In this document: positions 46,480 to 60,746 of the stretch, in pieces | Numbering within the stretch: position 1 is the first letter of the stretch | Layout: each line of letters starts with the position of its first letter | Origin: the human T2T-CHM13v2.0 reference genome, Homo sapiens | Reading direction: 5' to 3' (one strand) | Assembly (NCBI RefSeq): GCF_009914755.1 | Contig: NC_060931.1 | DNA: 64,000 nt | Position numbers and translations under genes: made by a program | Notes under the pieces: model-generated | Told to the model about the DNA's origin: nothing | Databases searched by the model: none | What the model saw: only the letters and a program-made list of their open reading frames with translations

Positions 46480-46710
46480 GGATGGTGCTGAGGACCACAG
46501 TTTGCAAGCCAGTTCTACTTCCCAGCAGCTGTGTGTCTTTGGGAAACTTCTTTAACTACACTATGCTTTTGTTTGCCATTTGTTACATGGGAAGAAGAAT
46601 AATATCTACCCCTATAGGACTGTTGTGAGGCTTTATGTTCATAAATATCTGGACAATCTTAACCTGCTTCCTGGCACATAGTGTTTATTGTGCATTGTCT
46701 GTTATAATAA
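46480..46710 (+). mobile_element. MIR
   Basis: agctgtgtgtctttgggaaac...aataatatctaccc...gttgtgagg...cctggcacatag. Confidence 0.7.
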
Positions 46711-47686
46711 CTTTGCAAATATCTTTGCCAAAACAGTCTTTCTTCTGATAAGACAATTTTTAGAAGGTGAATATTTCTGAGTTTGCTCCCAAATTCTGAG
46801 AGGGAGAAATATCTTCTTTTGGATTAACAGTCTCTTACATATGCTGATGTGTGATTTTACTATCCCTGAAAATTATTTTGTACAGAGAAGTGTAATTAGA
46901 GCTTTATTTTTGTTTTATACAATTAGTATTCCAGTTGCTAAAGGCACAAAAGGCTAGATATTTATTAATATGTAACATTCAATTTATAAAATATTCTATT
47001 TATAAATCTTGCACATTTTAGTAATCACTTCAAATGAGCATTTCAATATTTGATTCCATTTACAAAATTTGTTAGTCACCTTTAAAATCTTTTTATACTT
47101 AATTTCATGTTTAGTTTCTAGCTTATGTATTTGAATTTTGTAGCCAAAAATATTCTTCTCAAGAGCTTAAATGTTTTAAATTTAATAAATTTAACTTATA
47201 GTTTTTATTTTATATGGTTTATACTTTATGTTTACTTAAATGTATCTTATACTCAAAGTTTAATTATATAACTCAGTACTATACATTAATAATTAGCTTA
47301 CAACTCACAGATCTAAACTGATTATTCAATACATATTTTAAAATTGTATTTGATAGGGTTTCTAAATTCTTTTAAACATCACGATTTTATAAAATGCTAA
47401 CTAACATCCAGTTCTTTCTGATCTGAAGAGATCTTAACTGATTTTGATTCTTTTAAATTCATCTATTCTTAATTGTATATGTTTTCATTTTTAAAAGAGA
47501 AGGATCCAGTTACAAAAGTAACAACAATCTAGTTAATTGCATTTGATTAAAAGTAAAAAATTGTGACTAGACCATTTTATGTAACTCTGATGGGACATGC
47601 TGACTTCTATTTATATTTCTATTCCAGTGACTAAGGAGGTGGAACATAGCCCCAGATTTCAGTCACCTACCCACAGCAGGGCGCAC

Positions 47687-48125
47687 CTGCCACTCATGTT
47701 ATGATTGGTTGAATTTTACATTTCTTTAGCTCTTACGAAGTAGAAATGTTTTTCATCCTGAGTCTAAAGATTTTTGAACACAGTGAAACCTATCATTCTT
47801 CTATATTCTCAGGGCTACATGATATCTGATTGAATTTTGGATAGCCCATGACTGTCCTCTCACAGTCACTATATATAAGTTTATTCTATTGACAACATCT
47901 TAACAGTGATGACATAAGGGAGAGGACACATTAGTGACACTGAGGACTAATTTTCTTAAAAGTCAGTAAAGATTCTAGTGTATACTATCTTTACAATGGC
48001 TCAAGCTTTAATGTTACACAAATGGTTAATTTTTTTTTTCCAAGAGGTAAAACAGCATCCCTCCCAGGATATATTAAAGTAGGGAACAGTGAACAGACGT
48101 AATCCTTCCTTTAAGGAGAGCTTTG
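47687..48125 (-). pseudogene. Candidate decayed exon (~440 nt)
   Basis: Acceptor cctttgccttgtttctgtag; KLSLKEGLRLFTVPYFNISWEGCCFTSW...GFTVFKNL*TQDEKHFYFVRAKEM*NSTNHNMSG; donor AG|gtgcgc, phase 2; several stops and at least one frameshift. Confidence 0.4.
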
Positions 48126-48361
48126 CTACAGAAACAAGGCAAAGGATATCAGCACTTAAAAGTAGGAAACAGGAAAGTCTCTCTTCCCTGCCCACTGATT
48201 TGCATTTCAACATCTGCCCCTCAGGTGGACAGCTGAGGGAAGTAAAACAACGTATTCCCAGGGATAAAAAGCATTTGAATAGGAAATGGATTCCAGCTCC
48301 TGGCATTGAAATCAATTTCTCCTTTGTTCTAATTTCTCCATCTAGGATAAGCATGATTTTA

Positions 48362-49122
48362 TGATTTTAGTGGAGAAAAACAAACTGTGAAATATTTTAA
48401 AGAGGTTTATTGTGAGCCAATAGGAGTCACTGTGGCCCAGGGATACACAGCCTCAAGAGGTCCTAAAAAGATGTGCCCAATGCAGTCAGGTTACAGTTTG
48501 GATTTATACATTTCAGGCAGACAAACTTGCAGGTAAAATCATAAATCAATACATGGAAGGCATACATTTGTTCAGCCCAAGAAGGTGGAACATGTTCAAG
48601 TGAGAGCTTGCAAGTCATAGGTAGGCTTTAGGGATTCTTTACTTGACAATTGCTTGAAAGAGTTAGGCTTTGTCTAAAACACGTGAAGTCAGTGGAAACG
48701 AATGCTTGACTTAAGATAAGGGTGTCTGCTACCTGTCATGCAATGCCATACCTGAGTCAGGGTGGAAAGTAAGCCACATTATACTGGGTTATAAAAAACA
48801 AAACAAAACAAAAACGAACAGGATTTTATGGTTTGGAGGGCATGACTTAACCCTTGCCTTGCATGATCTTAGGTCTTGTTTATAATTTGGTATCTTATTG
48901 CCAGAAAGAGTCTGTTTTGTCAGCCTTATCATCTCTATGTTAACACTAATGCTGCTCGATTGAGCCTAAACTCCAGAGAGAGGGAGTTTAATGAGGCGCA
49001 TTCAACCTCCCTTCTTGTCACGGCCAAAAAGTCAGATTTTCAGGTTTCTCTAGGGTCCCCTTGACCAAGAGGGGGGTCTGTTCTGTCTGTTGAGGGGTTT
49101 AGGAATTTATTTTTAGTTTACA
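48362..49122 (-). mobile_element. MER4-group ERV1 LTR (MER4D/E-like)
   Basis: Ends atttttagtttaca, the reverse complement of tgtaaactaaaaat; aagaggtttattgtgagccaa, cagcctcaagaggtcct. Confidence 0.8.
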
Positions 49123-49637
49123 ATGTGGTTTGTTTCTAAGAACTCTTTCATTTTTATTTGCTTATGACAATAAAGTTACGGTTCAATAAAATCTAATCTA
49201 ATTTTATTGTTTGAAGAGAAAATGACTGTGGTACATGTTTGTGTTTCAAAATGAATATCTATAAATTCTACAGTATAACTACAGTGAACAGGCTGTTATA
49301 GAAACTGACTAATCATGAGATTTTTAATTTAAAAAAAACCTGTTGCTTTGATTGACTGTTTAGGTCAGTTCTCCAGCACTAGACCTCCTATGCTCATTAA
49401 GGGAACTATTAATACATACAATTTTCACTCTCTCACTTATAATTTATCTCCCTGAGAATTTCTTTAATGAGCTTTGTTGTACATTTGGGAGTCTGTTTTT
49501 GTTTTTTTGTTTGTTTGTTTGTTTTTTCCAATTGCCCAGACGATTCTGCTGTACACATAGTTTAGGGCACAATTAGCACCAACGATACCATTGACAAGCA
49601 GATATGGTGAATATAAGAAATGAAGAAAATATTGAGA

Positions 49638-50190
49638 GTGAAGGGGCCCAGAATATGCCACAGTGGCATAAAGATTATGTTAAGCTGACGATATTTGAGA
49701 ATCAACAGCTGTAGGAAGAGGCTTTTTCTGAAGTCCCCTTATCTCCCTAAAAGCAAAGCCTCCACAAATAATTCAACTGTCACAAATCCCCTCCCTGGGG
49801 ATTTCACAGCCAGGAAAGACTCAGTACCCTTTTATCAACAAAGAGAAGTCCACACCTAAGTCAGCATTCAGATAAGAAATCACCTAAACTGACATTGTCA
49901 TAAAATTATCATATTTCTAATCTAATCTTCTAAGGGCCCATTTATTTTTCCCAAAAGCCATTTTTTTTTCTCCCAGAAGTGCCACTCTGCCCCTCCACAA
50001 TCCTTACTTAAATGGTTTATGCCCCATATTCTAACCACCTCCTCAGAATCACATTTCTTTGTGAACTCCCATGCACACATATGTAATTAAATATCTTTTT
50101 TTGTTCTCTTGTTAATCAGTCTTCTGAAAGTTTAATTTGCAAGCCCCCAAACTGAAATAAGAAGGTAGACGAAAAGTTTCTCCTCCTAGA
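49638..50190 (+). mobile_element. MER34/MER39-like LTR
   Basis: tgaaggggccccagaatatgccac...ggcataaagattatgttaagctga. Confidence 0.7.
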
Positions 50191-51090
50191 AAAAGTGTCA
50201 AACGTGACCAAGTATAACAGGCTATAGAAGAGACCTAAGGCTAGGAGAGCTACTCTAACTTGTCAAAAGTCATTTAGACTTACGGTCTATAAATTTTCCT
50301 CTCTATATCATAAAATAACATTGAAAAAATGACATACTCATTATATATTTTTTAGAAATTTAATTTTTTTAAAAAATTAAATCTTCATGCCTTTAAAAAC
50401 TTGCAAAAATGCAATGACTGGCATATTAGAATTGCCAATATTGAAAATAAAATAATCACATATATCATTTAAATATAACAAATGGAACTTAAATTCCATA
50501 GTATATGACTACCCACACATCACCCGTCTAAAATTTATTTGAAAAAGTTATTTTTCTATGCAATGAATTTAAATCTTTTGTTTTTGTTTTTATTCTACAC
50601 AACTTTTTTATTCTACATCTACCACATTTCAATGTAATATATTTTGGTCCTGAAAGTTTATTTTATGTTATCATCCTTTTATCTGAAAAATTACATATAT
50701 AAATAGAAATTTCAATTTTTAAAGACCTTGAGGCACTAAATAATAAGCAAATCTTCTGGATTGATATATATTTTCAATTATTACAGGCTCACAATTGTTG
50801 AAACAATGTAAATATATTCAAAATAGGTTTTAAAAGTAAAATTACTTTGTAAATATATTCCTCAGTGAGATGTATAAAGATATTTTCAACTCAATCAGTT
50901 CAGATTAATTAAAAATTTTTTACATATATAAACAAATGGGAATAGAAGGGGATTTTTTGTAGCAATAATATTTAATTATTTGAACTCATTCTTAAAATGT
51001 TACATTGTTAAATATTATCAAAACTTTCAGCTGTCAATTTAATAAGGTCTCACTTAGTTTTGTTGAAAATAAAAAATGGAGACAAATTAC

Positions 51091-51165
51091 ATTCTATCGT
51101 AAAAGGATCAGCGGCCCACAATTAGTGTCTTCCAATTTCTCAATTTCTGGGCAGTACCAAAGAGA
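51091..51165 (-). pseudogene. Candidate exon (75 nt)
   Basis: Acceptor ttttgtattaaag, donor gtaatt; SLWYCPEIEKLEDTNCGPLILLR*N. Confidence 0.35.
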
Positions 51166-51429
51166 CTTTAATACAAAATTATCACATGACTACTAATATT
51201 TATGTTATTCTATTACTTAGAAGCATATTGATTAACATGATATAACATTAAAATATCACTAAATACAATACAAATTTTTAAAAAAGTTTTTCACGGTTAA
51301 AAACATTTATGTGCGTGCTTTAAGACCATCAGGAAAGATGTGTCATTGCACATTGTAATTGCTTATTGTACCCAACGAGACCTCACATCATTGGGATCTG
51401 CAGATGTTACAATGGTAGTGTGTTATATA

Positions 51430-52253
<824 letters not shown>

Positions 52254-52599
52254 TTAAAGCCTGAGGTTTGCCTTTCTGAAAAAGACATCAGAAAAAGTCT
52301 GTCCTAAAGCTCAGTGGAAAAGGTCTTATTCCGTACTATTAGCAAATGACACAGCAGTGAATCTCCTGTTGATCCTTGGATTCATATTTCTCTTCGTCAA
52401 AGACTGACACCAATGTCTCTTGACCACTTTATGGATATCCACTAGATATCCATCAATCAGGAGCCCTGAACTGAGTGTTCCTAGGAATTACCCACACTAC
52501 ACTTATAAAAGTATTCAGCTTGTACTTGTTAGTAATGAAGCTGGAGATGTCACAGGACTCCCAAGCTTCTTGTGAGGTAGAAAGTAGGATTTGGGGCTT

Positions 52600-53129
52600 T
52601 GGAAGTAGCAGAGAGGAAAAACATTTTCTGTACTCTCTTACATTCAGCTTTTAGGCCTGCAAATTAAACCAACAAAAGACAGATTAGCAAGAGAAAAAAA
52701 AGCCGATTTTAATCACATATACATGTAAGGGAGTTCACAGAGAAATGTGAATCAAAGGAGCAGCTAGAACTTAGGGCTTATATGTCACCTTAATAGGTGA
52801 AGGTGAGGAGAGTAAGGTCAGGTAGAGGAGGACACACGTAGGAAAACAAATAACTTTTAGCCAGGATAGATGGGCCTTTAGGCAAATACATGAAAGATAT
52901 GATAGTTTTGTGACGGTGTCTGTTTAGGTGTAGTGGCTGCATCTCGTTGTCTCCTGGAATAGGAGTCAGTCTTCTCTGGTTGCTCCTAGGGAGGGGATTT
53001 ATAACAGTTGAATTACTGTGAGTTCCTATTGGAGGTTCTGCTTTTGGGTAGATGAGAGATTTTATGACCTTAAACATCTTCAGCCCAAGAAAAATTTTGT
53101 CCCACAGTGGCTTATTCTGGAGCCCTTCG
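52600..53129 (-). mobile_element. MER34/MER39-like LTR
   Basis: The reverse complement begins gaagggctccagaataagccac...gggctgaag, resembling the LTR at 49638. Confidence 0.65.
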
Positions 53130-53683
53130 GAAGTTTGAGATGTTTACGGACTTCAGTGAGTTTAGTCACTTAGTTCTTCTCTTATTCATGTTTATTACCA
53201 TATGTTTATTGCTTACTTATGTTATGCCGTTTATTTTACTGATGTTTATGGATAGTAATGAGACTAGAAATTGGGAGTAAGAAAAGTAAAGCTTTCAGGG
53301 CTCTTTGATACAGTTCCATTAAAATGTATGCCCCACTACTGGGGAAGAAATTTGGGATTCAGCATGTTAGAAAAATGAAATACAGCATTTGTTATTTTTT
53401 TAATGTTTGTGATTTTAAACCTCAGTCTACTCAAAGAACAAATTACAATATCAAGAATGTCACCCTAACCCACTTGGGGTTGATTATAACGGGCTTTGGA
53501 TTGTTGTCTGTGTTGAGTTTATTCTCTTGCCAGGGTGGTGCCACTGGCAGATGGGCAGGCATGGGAACCGCCTCTGCAATACTCTTAAAGTTACTCTGTC
53601 ACTGTTGGTTTAATGACATGCTCACATTTTATTATTATTTATTATTATGGGTAATACAAGGAAGGACTTTTACTAAACTCTAC

Positions 53684-53886
53684 CTTTATTGTGGTTATCT
53701 CCTTATGTGGTAGTAAAGCCTCTCAAGATCATAATAATTTATGGCTCATTTCATATCGGTTCCAGAAGTAGTCAGGAAATCTTTGTTTCCAAGTAATTTC
53801 AGATTCAAATTGCTCTTTGAAATAATACAATGTCACATACCTTCTATCCGTACATTTGCTCTTTTATCTTTTGTCAGTGAGAAGGT
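53684..53886 (-). pseudogene. Candidate exon (203 nt)
   Basis: Acceptor ttatctttgcccag, donor AAG|gtagag; LLTDKR*KSKCTDRRYVTLYYFKEQFESEITWKQRFPDYFWNRYEMSHKLL*S*EALLPHKEITTIK. Confidence 0.5.
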
Positions 53887-54106
53887 CTGGGCAAAGATAA
53901 TTAATTTAACTACCTGAACTGCTTTACTTCTTATGAAAAGTTTTTATTTCAAGGATAAAGTTATGTCTGTAATAGCATAACCTGTTTGGCAAGCTTTAGT
54001 TTAAAAAATGTGAACTATCAATACACAGAAATCAGGATTATCCAAAAGAATCATATCTGGAAGATTCTTGTAGGACAGGATAGTTCCCTATCAAAGGTTG
54101 TTATCC

Positions 54107-54364
54107 TAGGATTCTCCTTGTTCAGGTAAAGAATACAAAATGGTTAGGTTTAAGGTGTTGTAGCAAGGTATAATTATGTATAAAGAGACAAATAGGATTA
54201 TCCTTGTTCAGGTAAAGAATACAAAATGGTTAGGTTTAAGGTGTTGTAGCAAGGTATAATTATGTATAAAGAGACAAATAGGATTATCCTTGTTCAGGTA
54301 AAGAATACAAAATGGTTAGGTTTAAGGTGTTGTAGCAAGGTATAATTATGTATAAAGAGACAAA
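54107..54364. repeat. 86-bp tandem repeat, 3 near-identical copies
   Basis: Units start at 54107, 54193 and 54279 (taggattMtccttgttcaggtaaag...gagacaaa). Confidence 0.95.
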
Positions 54365-54719
54365 GAAAAACAACAGAACTTGACAGAAAGGGAATGGCTG
54401 GAAAATATTGAAGGCTTCATGTCAAGAGAAGAGTCTATGGTGTATGAAGACTCACTAATGTTAGAGAAGATTTTAGGACTAAAACGAAGTTTTCACACAT
54501 TTCACTCTTGCTGCTGCAGCTCTTAGGCAAAGTGACTCTGTCTTGGCTACTGGATCTCAGGGGAATCTGAAACAAGCAATTGCTCCAAGCAATTGCTCGA
54601 GTCAATACCCCAGTACCTGTCCAAAACTTTCAAGAACAGAAAGTAAAAGGAGTTTATGGAACTGAAATCCTTAAAACAAACCTTTTTGCTGACAGTTACT
54701 ATTCCAGTCTCTGTGCAAA

Positions 54720-54950
54720 TTGTAGACAGGCTTCCAAAATGCCCCACAAAGTTCCTGACCCCTGGTGTGCACACCTAACTAATTCCTGCCTTTGAGTGTG
54801 GGTGGGCCTGACCTAATCAGTCAAACCCTTTTAAAAGAGGATCTGGAGGCCAGAAGGGGAAGAAATCAGAGAAAGTAGGAGAGGGCCTACAGACAGATTT
54901 ATGTGGCAAGAACCTAAGACTGACCTTGAGGTCCCCAACTGATAGCTATC
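54720..54950 (+). mobile_element. MLT1E/F-type LTR fragment
   Basis: tgtagacaggcttccaaaatgcccc...ttgagtgtggg...gggcctgacctaatcag. Confidence 0.55.
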
Positions 54951-55385
54951 AAAACAACACTTCATATTTGTTTACTCTATTGCCATTTAAAAAAGGGGGT
55001 CAATTAAAATTATGTTTGGAAACCAATGTTTTGCATCTTTTTCTTATTTATAAAATGTGCAGCCATTCAAAGATTATTTGTGTATTAACTTAATCATTTG
55101 CCTAAGAGCTGAAAGTTAGGTAAGGATCTGGAAATCACAATTTTAGCTATTACATTTTTATGACTTTTAACATTGTAAGAATAGTATATTAATCTCTTTA
55201 CAAATGCATCCATTATTATCCCATGCAGCTGAACACAATTTTGTGTATATAATTTTTAATTTTAAACAAATTATAGAAAAATGATGATTTATCTCACAAA
55301 ACCAATGTAGGAATTTTAAACAGCTCAAATCAGCAAAAAAACTTAATGACAGTTGTATTCAAACCCAAACACTGTGTGATGTTAC

Positions 55386-55665
55386 TTTTGGTTTTTGTAT
55401 GGTAAAGACTTTGAATGTTTAAAAACTTTGAATTATGCCTGGAATTTAGCTTTTATCTTGGAATTAAAGCCAGGTTTTTACACTTGTAGTTATAGTAACA
55501 AAGACTACTTTGTAAATGCACTTTTTAGGATCCACAAAAAGAAATAAAGTTTAATAACATTTTTTCCTTCTTTTAGATAAATTTTGCTATTTGTCTGGAC
55601 AAGATATTCACAGTGTATACACATATAAAGTAAATTATTTGCTTTTTCATCAGTCAACTTTTAAA
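55386..55665 (-). pseudogene. Possible decayed exon
   Basis: KLTDEKANNLLYMCIHCEYLVQTNSKIYLKEGKNVIKLYFFLWILKSAFTK*...; donor A|gtaaca, phase 1, joins the next exon; needs a frameshift; AT-rich. Confidence 0.3.
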
Positions 55666-56146
55666 CTTTCCCAAGAGGAGTAAGAAGAAAGGAAGAGTAA
55701 TATAAAATAAAGTAAAAGGAGGAGGCAAATATGAAATTATCATTGTAGAAGCCTAATTATGCCCCTGGGAAGAATATTTAAATACAGAAAAAATAATGTT
55801 CTTATGTAGGCATACACACAAGTGACGGACATGTGGCTGATTTTCACCTAATTTGGGCTTTGACAATTTTATCAAACCATACAATTTAAAAATCAGCACT
55901 ATTCATCCTCAAAGTACAGAAAGGCAGGAGGGAAAGGTGCCTATATTAAACAAAATGATGTTTCTTTTAAACAAACAACCTTCTCATGAAATTCTTCTAT
56001 TTTTTTTTCTAAAGTACTTTTCAAATGCTCAAACTTGTTTATGCTCAAAGGTCCCCAAAACACCCCCTGCAATTTGAAATGGTCTCTGGTGAAATTGGGC
56101 CAGTGACAGAGAAGCACACATGTGAGCATGACATTAAGAAAATGTG

Positions 56147-56275
56147 CTGTAGTCCCAGCTACTCAGAAGGCTGAGGCAGGAGAATGGCTTGAACCCCGGA
56201 GGCAGAGCTTGCAGTGAGCCAAGATGGCATCACTGCACTCCAGCCTCGGGGACAGAGCGAGGCTCTGTCTCAAAA

Positions 56276-56306
<31 letters not shown>

Positions 56307-56337
56307 ACAAACAAACAAATAAATGAATGAATGAATG
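56147..56337 (+). mobile_element. 5'-truncated AluY-like right arm with (AAAT/AAAC/GAAT)n tail
   Basis: ctgtagtcccagctact...gagcttgcagtgagcc; TSD gaaaatgtg. Confidence 0.88.
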
Positions 56338-57437
56338 AAAATGTGAAGAAGACAGGCGTTGGCTTGGGAGAGACTCAGTTTTAGATGGAGCAGACCAAAA
56401 AGAATTGAACAGACTGTAAGGCTAGATCCTGTGTCATTTTGTGTGGTCATAACTTGGCCAAAAGCAGATCATCAAAGACAAGGGGCAGGAGCAAGCCAAT
56501 GATTTCAGGTGGATGAAGCTGCACAATGCAGCTTTCAGAGAGACAAGGCTGAGGAAGGTGCACTTGTATGAGTGGTGACCTGAGACAGGTTTTCAAGGGA
56601 CACCAGTTAAGGAGACCTTCTGAACTCCTAGCCCAGGAGACCTGTTTGATGGCAAACTTAGCAGACCTGTGCCCGCTTTCTCTTGCAGAGTTTCTCTAAT
56701 AGACAAACACTCAACACACTAGAAAAGCAGACACATAAGGGGCAGGAAACAAAGACTATGCTCAGATTGAATGTGTTAATAAATCTTGTCTATAAAGATA
56801 AAGGATCATATGGTTGTGATTGATAAGCAGGCAGCTGTCACTCATATTAGCCAGGAAAGGGGAGGGTTAGTCGTTTTTGTGTTTTGACAGTGTTTATGTT
56901 TTCCAGTGAAACTAGAACTGAAGTCTCGTGCTTAGAGTTTGAAATTCAGGTTACTTTGCTTTTCCCTGTACCCAACTGTTTATGACATTGCCTATGAATC
57001 ATGGCATTATTTTGTAAAATGCACTTGTGGATGCCTTTATTCCTTGAGTCATTTAAGCTTGGATGCCAGTTTTCTAATTTGGAAACAGTGACAATCATGT
57101 GTGTTAGTAGAGGTGTGGGAGATGGAGACGGGATGCCCGAGGTGATGTCCAGCAGACGCAGGGTCAGCAGGTCTCTGGGGATCAGCCCCTGGAGAGTGTG
57201 ACAAAGTGCATGCAACAGAGACCCTCCAGAGCCCAAAGCTTCTCAGAAGATAATTGTTTTATTAAATAAAGAATTATTAACTTTTTTGTTAAAAAGGGAA
57301 ATATCTGTTAAAAGCTAAAACTGTGTGATCAAATTGCAATAATGTTTTGAAAAGAGGATCAGTCTAAATAGATTTTTATTTAAAGACCTATCTTCTAGAG
57401 ATGTGAGTGCTTTTTCTCAGATGTGAAGTCTATCTAC

Positions 57438-57543
57438 CTGTGATATGTCAGGTCTTCCTTTCAAAATGTCTGATGTAATTGCCTTTTTTGTCCTTCTCAT
57501 CTTTCCTTGAACTCTGTGAAAAACCATTTATAACTGTTTCTAC
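57438..57543 (-). pseudogene. Candidate exon (106 nt)
   Basis: Acceptor tttag, donor CAG|gtagat; GRNSYKWFFTEFKER*EGQKRQLHQTF*KEDLTYH. Confidence 0.35.
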
Positions 57544-57665
57544 CTAAATTCCACAAATATATTTGAATGGAGAATATGTGTTCTATACTGGAAATAATGA
57601 TTCATTTGACACTTTATTTCTGATGAGTTAACATGATAACTATATATTAAAAAAGAAAACCCCAC

Positions 57666-57814
57666 CTTTTGTTATTATGAGGTTATGCTGTATATAATCT
57701 AAATCACATTTAACCAGTATTTGGTGTGCGGTTAATTTTATAACCAGAAGACATAGTGGACACTGGCATGTATTCTTCTTCATTAGGATTATTTTTAAAT
57801 GAACATTTAAAATT
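57666..57814 (-). pseudogene. Candidate exon (149 nt)
   Basis: Acceptor gcattttttcag, donor AAG|gtgggg; open frame ILNVHLKIILMKKNTCQCPLCLLVIKLTAHQILVKCDLDYIQHNLIITK; phase 2 in, phase 1 out. Confidence 0.5.
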
Positions 57815-57889
57815 CTGAAAAAAATGCCATCAATACTAAAGACAGCACTGGGATTTTACATTCTACCAAGAAATTTCTTAGCTAGTAAT

Positions 57890-58320
57890 ATTAGCCTTTC
57901 TTTGAGGGAATATGAAAGTATGTTGCAGTAACAAATTAGTTCAGAAACCTCAGTGACACCATACCACAGGTTTATTTCTTGCTCATACTATATATTCAGT
58001 GCATTTTGGTGGAGGATGCTCTTCTATCTCATTGCTCAGGGACTGAGCTGCATGAAGATTCTTCAATTTTTTCATGTCAGTGCTTCAACATGCAGTTCTG
58101 TACTTGCTGCAGCAAAGGAAAAAGAGACAGTATTTTTTTTTAAAATAATCTTTGCTTATAATTACCTTCAAATGTAAATAACACAGGTCTCTTTAACTCA
58201 TGGGGTTTCTAGCAGAACCAGAAACTTCTCTTCCAACCCCACACTATCTAGCCAGGGGACTGGGAGGTCTTCCTGTGTTCCCAGGAAGAGAGGAACATGG
58301 ACTATGGTGAGCACCTGTCA
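57890..58320 (-). mobile_element. Old MLT1 (J/K/L-type) LTR
   Basis: tatgttgcagtaacaaa...ctcagtg...aggtttatttcttgctca. Confidence 0.55.
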
Positions 58321-58372
58321 CCCCACCAGATAATTAAATAGTAGTAAGCTGGGTGGTATGTGGAGGAAATAC

Positions 58373-58518
58373 CTAGGAACTACTGCAGAATCCATGTCAT
58401 TCATTGTTTAATTAGGAAACAACAGTATTTTATTTCACTGTCTATAAAACACTTTATTCAGAGAGTATCTTGAAGGATCAGTATGATCTCCTTTGTTATA
58501 TTTTTTATTTCTGCTGCT
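58373..58518 (-). pseudogene. Candidate exon (146 nt)
   Basis: Acceptor ttttgcttttcag, donor TAG|gtattt; SSRNKKYNKGDHTDPSRYSLNKVFYRQ*NKILLFPN*TMNDMDSAVVP(R); phase 2 out matches the next exon. Confidence 0.5.
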
Positions 58519-58843
58519 CTGAAAAGCAAAATTTCATAAATAGCCTTCATACTTGCTCCCAGCCCCGTGGAATTGTGTCCCTTTTAGACATCTTTCTCTG
58601 GTCTCTGCAGCCTTGGCCACCTCTGCCGCCTTTCGGGACTTTTTACTTTGTCATAAATTACTGCTCTTGTTCCTGCCCACTGGTTTCAATCTCAGGTCAC
58701 AATAATAACACCCGAAGAGCTTTGTTAACACACTAGTGCTAAGGCCGCCACCAAGAGATTCTAATGTAATGGGTCGTGGTAATACAGGAGGCATGGGTTA
58801 AAATCTACATTGATTCTTAGAAAGCACTGGTCCCTCTTGGGAC

Positions 58844-58924
58844 CTGCATTTCTGGATCTATTGGGGTTGACATTGTCATAACATATTTGATATCTGTGTG
58901 TAATCAGTTACAAAGTCTTTTCAA
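58844..58924 (-). pseudogene. Candidate exon (81 nt, phase 0-0)
   Basis: Acceptor cccttgtccatccag, donor CAG|gtccca; LKRLCN*LHTDIKYVMTMSTPIDPEMQ. Confidence 0.4.
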
Positions 58925-59101
58925 CTGGATGGACAAGGGATTTTAGCACCATGCTTATTTTACCTTAAACCATGAAATACATTTATTTTATGCGGTACAT
59001 TCATGCTTACTGTAGAAAAAAAGACAACCACAACAAAACACACCCACAATCCCCCACTCAAAGGCCAAAACAAATGAGATCTGATGCTTTCTCTCCAGTA
59101 A

Positions 59102-59313
59102 TTTTTTTTTTTGACATGGGGTCTCACTCTGTCACCCAGGCTGGAGTGGCAGTGGGGTAATCACAACTTACTGCAGCCTTGACATCCTGGGCTCAATCAG
59201 TCCTCCCACCTCAGCCTCCCAAGTAGCTGGGACTACAAATGCAGCACCACACCCAGCTAATTTTTGTTTTTTATTTTTTGTAGAGACAGGGTCTCCTTAT
59301 ATTGCCCAGGCTC
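59102..59313 (-). mobile_element. AluJ, partial
   Basis: ggggtctcactctgtcacccaggctgg...ctgcagccttgacatcctgggctca. Confidence 0.85.
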
Positions 59314-59566
59314 AATATTTTAATTATGCATTAATTTATTCATGCAAGTTAGAAAACAGTGCACATACAATTTGTATATGTTTCCAATTGATATTATAGC
59401 TTTCATTTTTCCAGGTCATTTGCTCCTCTTTTTAAACATTATTTCCATTGGATTTGTAATAGTCAAATAATGCTTATTAATTTTAAGTTAATTCATTATG
59501 CAAAGGGGGATTTATTAAGTACATATTTAAGTAATACTGTTACTTTTCTTGTTTTTGAAAAAAATA

Positions 59567-59685
59567 ATTTTAGAGATAAGGTCTTTCTCTGTGACTCAGA
59601 CTGGAGTACAGTAGGGCAATTATAGCTCACTGAAGCCTCAAACTCCTGGTCCCAAGCAATCCTCCTGCCTCATCCTCCTGAGTAG
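59567..59685 (-). mobile_element. FLAM/AluJ monomer fragment
   Basis: agagataaggtct...atagctcactgaagcctcaaactcctgg. Confidence 0.75.
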
Positions 59686-60746
59686 TTTGCATTTTTACTA
59701 TTTCTTTAGGAGAGAATCTCGGCTAAGGAAATTAGGGAATAGAGTTAAATAATTTTAAAACATTTTTTGAAATACACTGCAAAATTTCTATTCTTAAAGC
59801 TCTTACTAAATTCTAGCCCACATGCAAAAACAATATAAATGAATATGTATTTACATTATTATAACTTTCCTCTTATTCACCTGCCAAGCTATGAGTCCAA
59901 GTAAATACATATCAGGTGATTTATATTTGTTTGTTTTTGATGATTAGAGTGCCTAAATTTATTTTCAGGTGTTAATTGGTCAAGAATATTTTATCTTTGT
60001 ATACTTACATTTGTTTTGTTCACATTTCTTCTGTGGATTTGAGAATAAAGAACAATAAAAAGACAAAGCAGAGGCTCATACCATGGTTTAAGAGGTGGCC
60101 TTTAGCCTTAGAAACTTCAGGGTAATATTTCCAGGCACAAGCTCACATAAAGGCCAGGGCTTACCTCAGCAGCTCAATAAAATTAATGGTAAAATTAATC
60201 TTTGGTACACAGCCCAGCTGTATATTCTAGCTTAATTATATCCTATTTATGAAATTTTTTTGTTGGTGGTGGTTGGTTTTGTTTGACATGTTATTTAAGC
60301 TTTTTAAATTTCCACTTTTTATTTTGTTAATAGGGCTGATTCTATAGATAATACATAAGACCCAATCATGCAGAATCTAGCAAATAATGCATCTTCATAC
60401 ATACAGGTTTTATTACTCTCTACTGTGAACCAAGACAATTAAAATCCCAGGCTCACACACTTACCTAGACAAGTTGATAAACTTCAGGATTTTTTAAAAT
60501 ATAAAAATTGAGATAACGGTCACTTTGAACAGCCCTGGTAAGGCCCAATCAAATACCATTTATAACACCCCATAATAATGACTGCCGCAGTGAGTTATTC
60601 ACAAAGACCCCAGGGACCCTCGGTCCCCTCTTCCTCCTTGATCTATTTATCCTCAACTTTCAGTTTTACAGAGCTGACGTTTTCTCTCACACAGAAGTCA
60701 GATACACCTCTCAGATAATAATCTGCACCAAACTGAAACTAGGAGG

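Noticed and set aside
50524-51398. Additional possible exons at 50524-50682 and ~51320-51398
   Set aside because: Acceptors are plausible, but donors are weak and frames ambiguous in AT-rich DNA; left uncalled.
54107-54364. CRISPR-like periodicity
   Set aside because: Head-to-tail units with no unique spacers, in human DNA; an ordinary tandem repeat.
60165-60242. Possible 78-nt phase 0-0 exon DIIKLEYTAGLCTKD*FYH*FY*AAE with a gtaagc donor
   Set aside because: The phase fits, but the acceptor is poor and there are three stops in 26 codons; not enough support without an ortholog.
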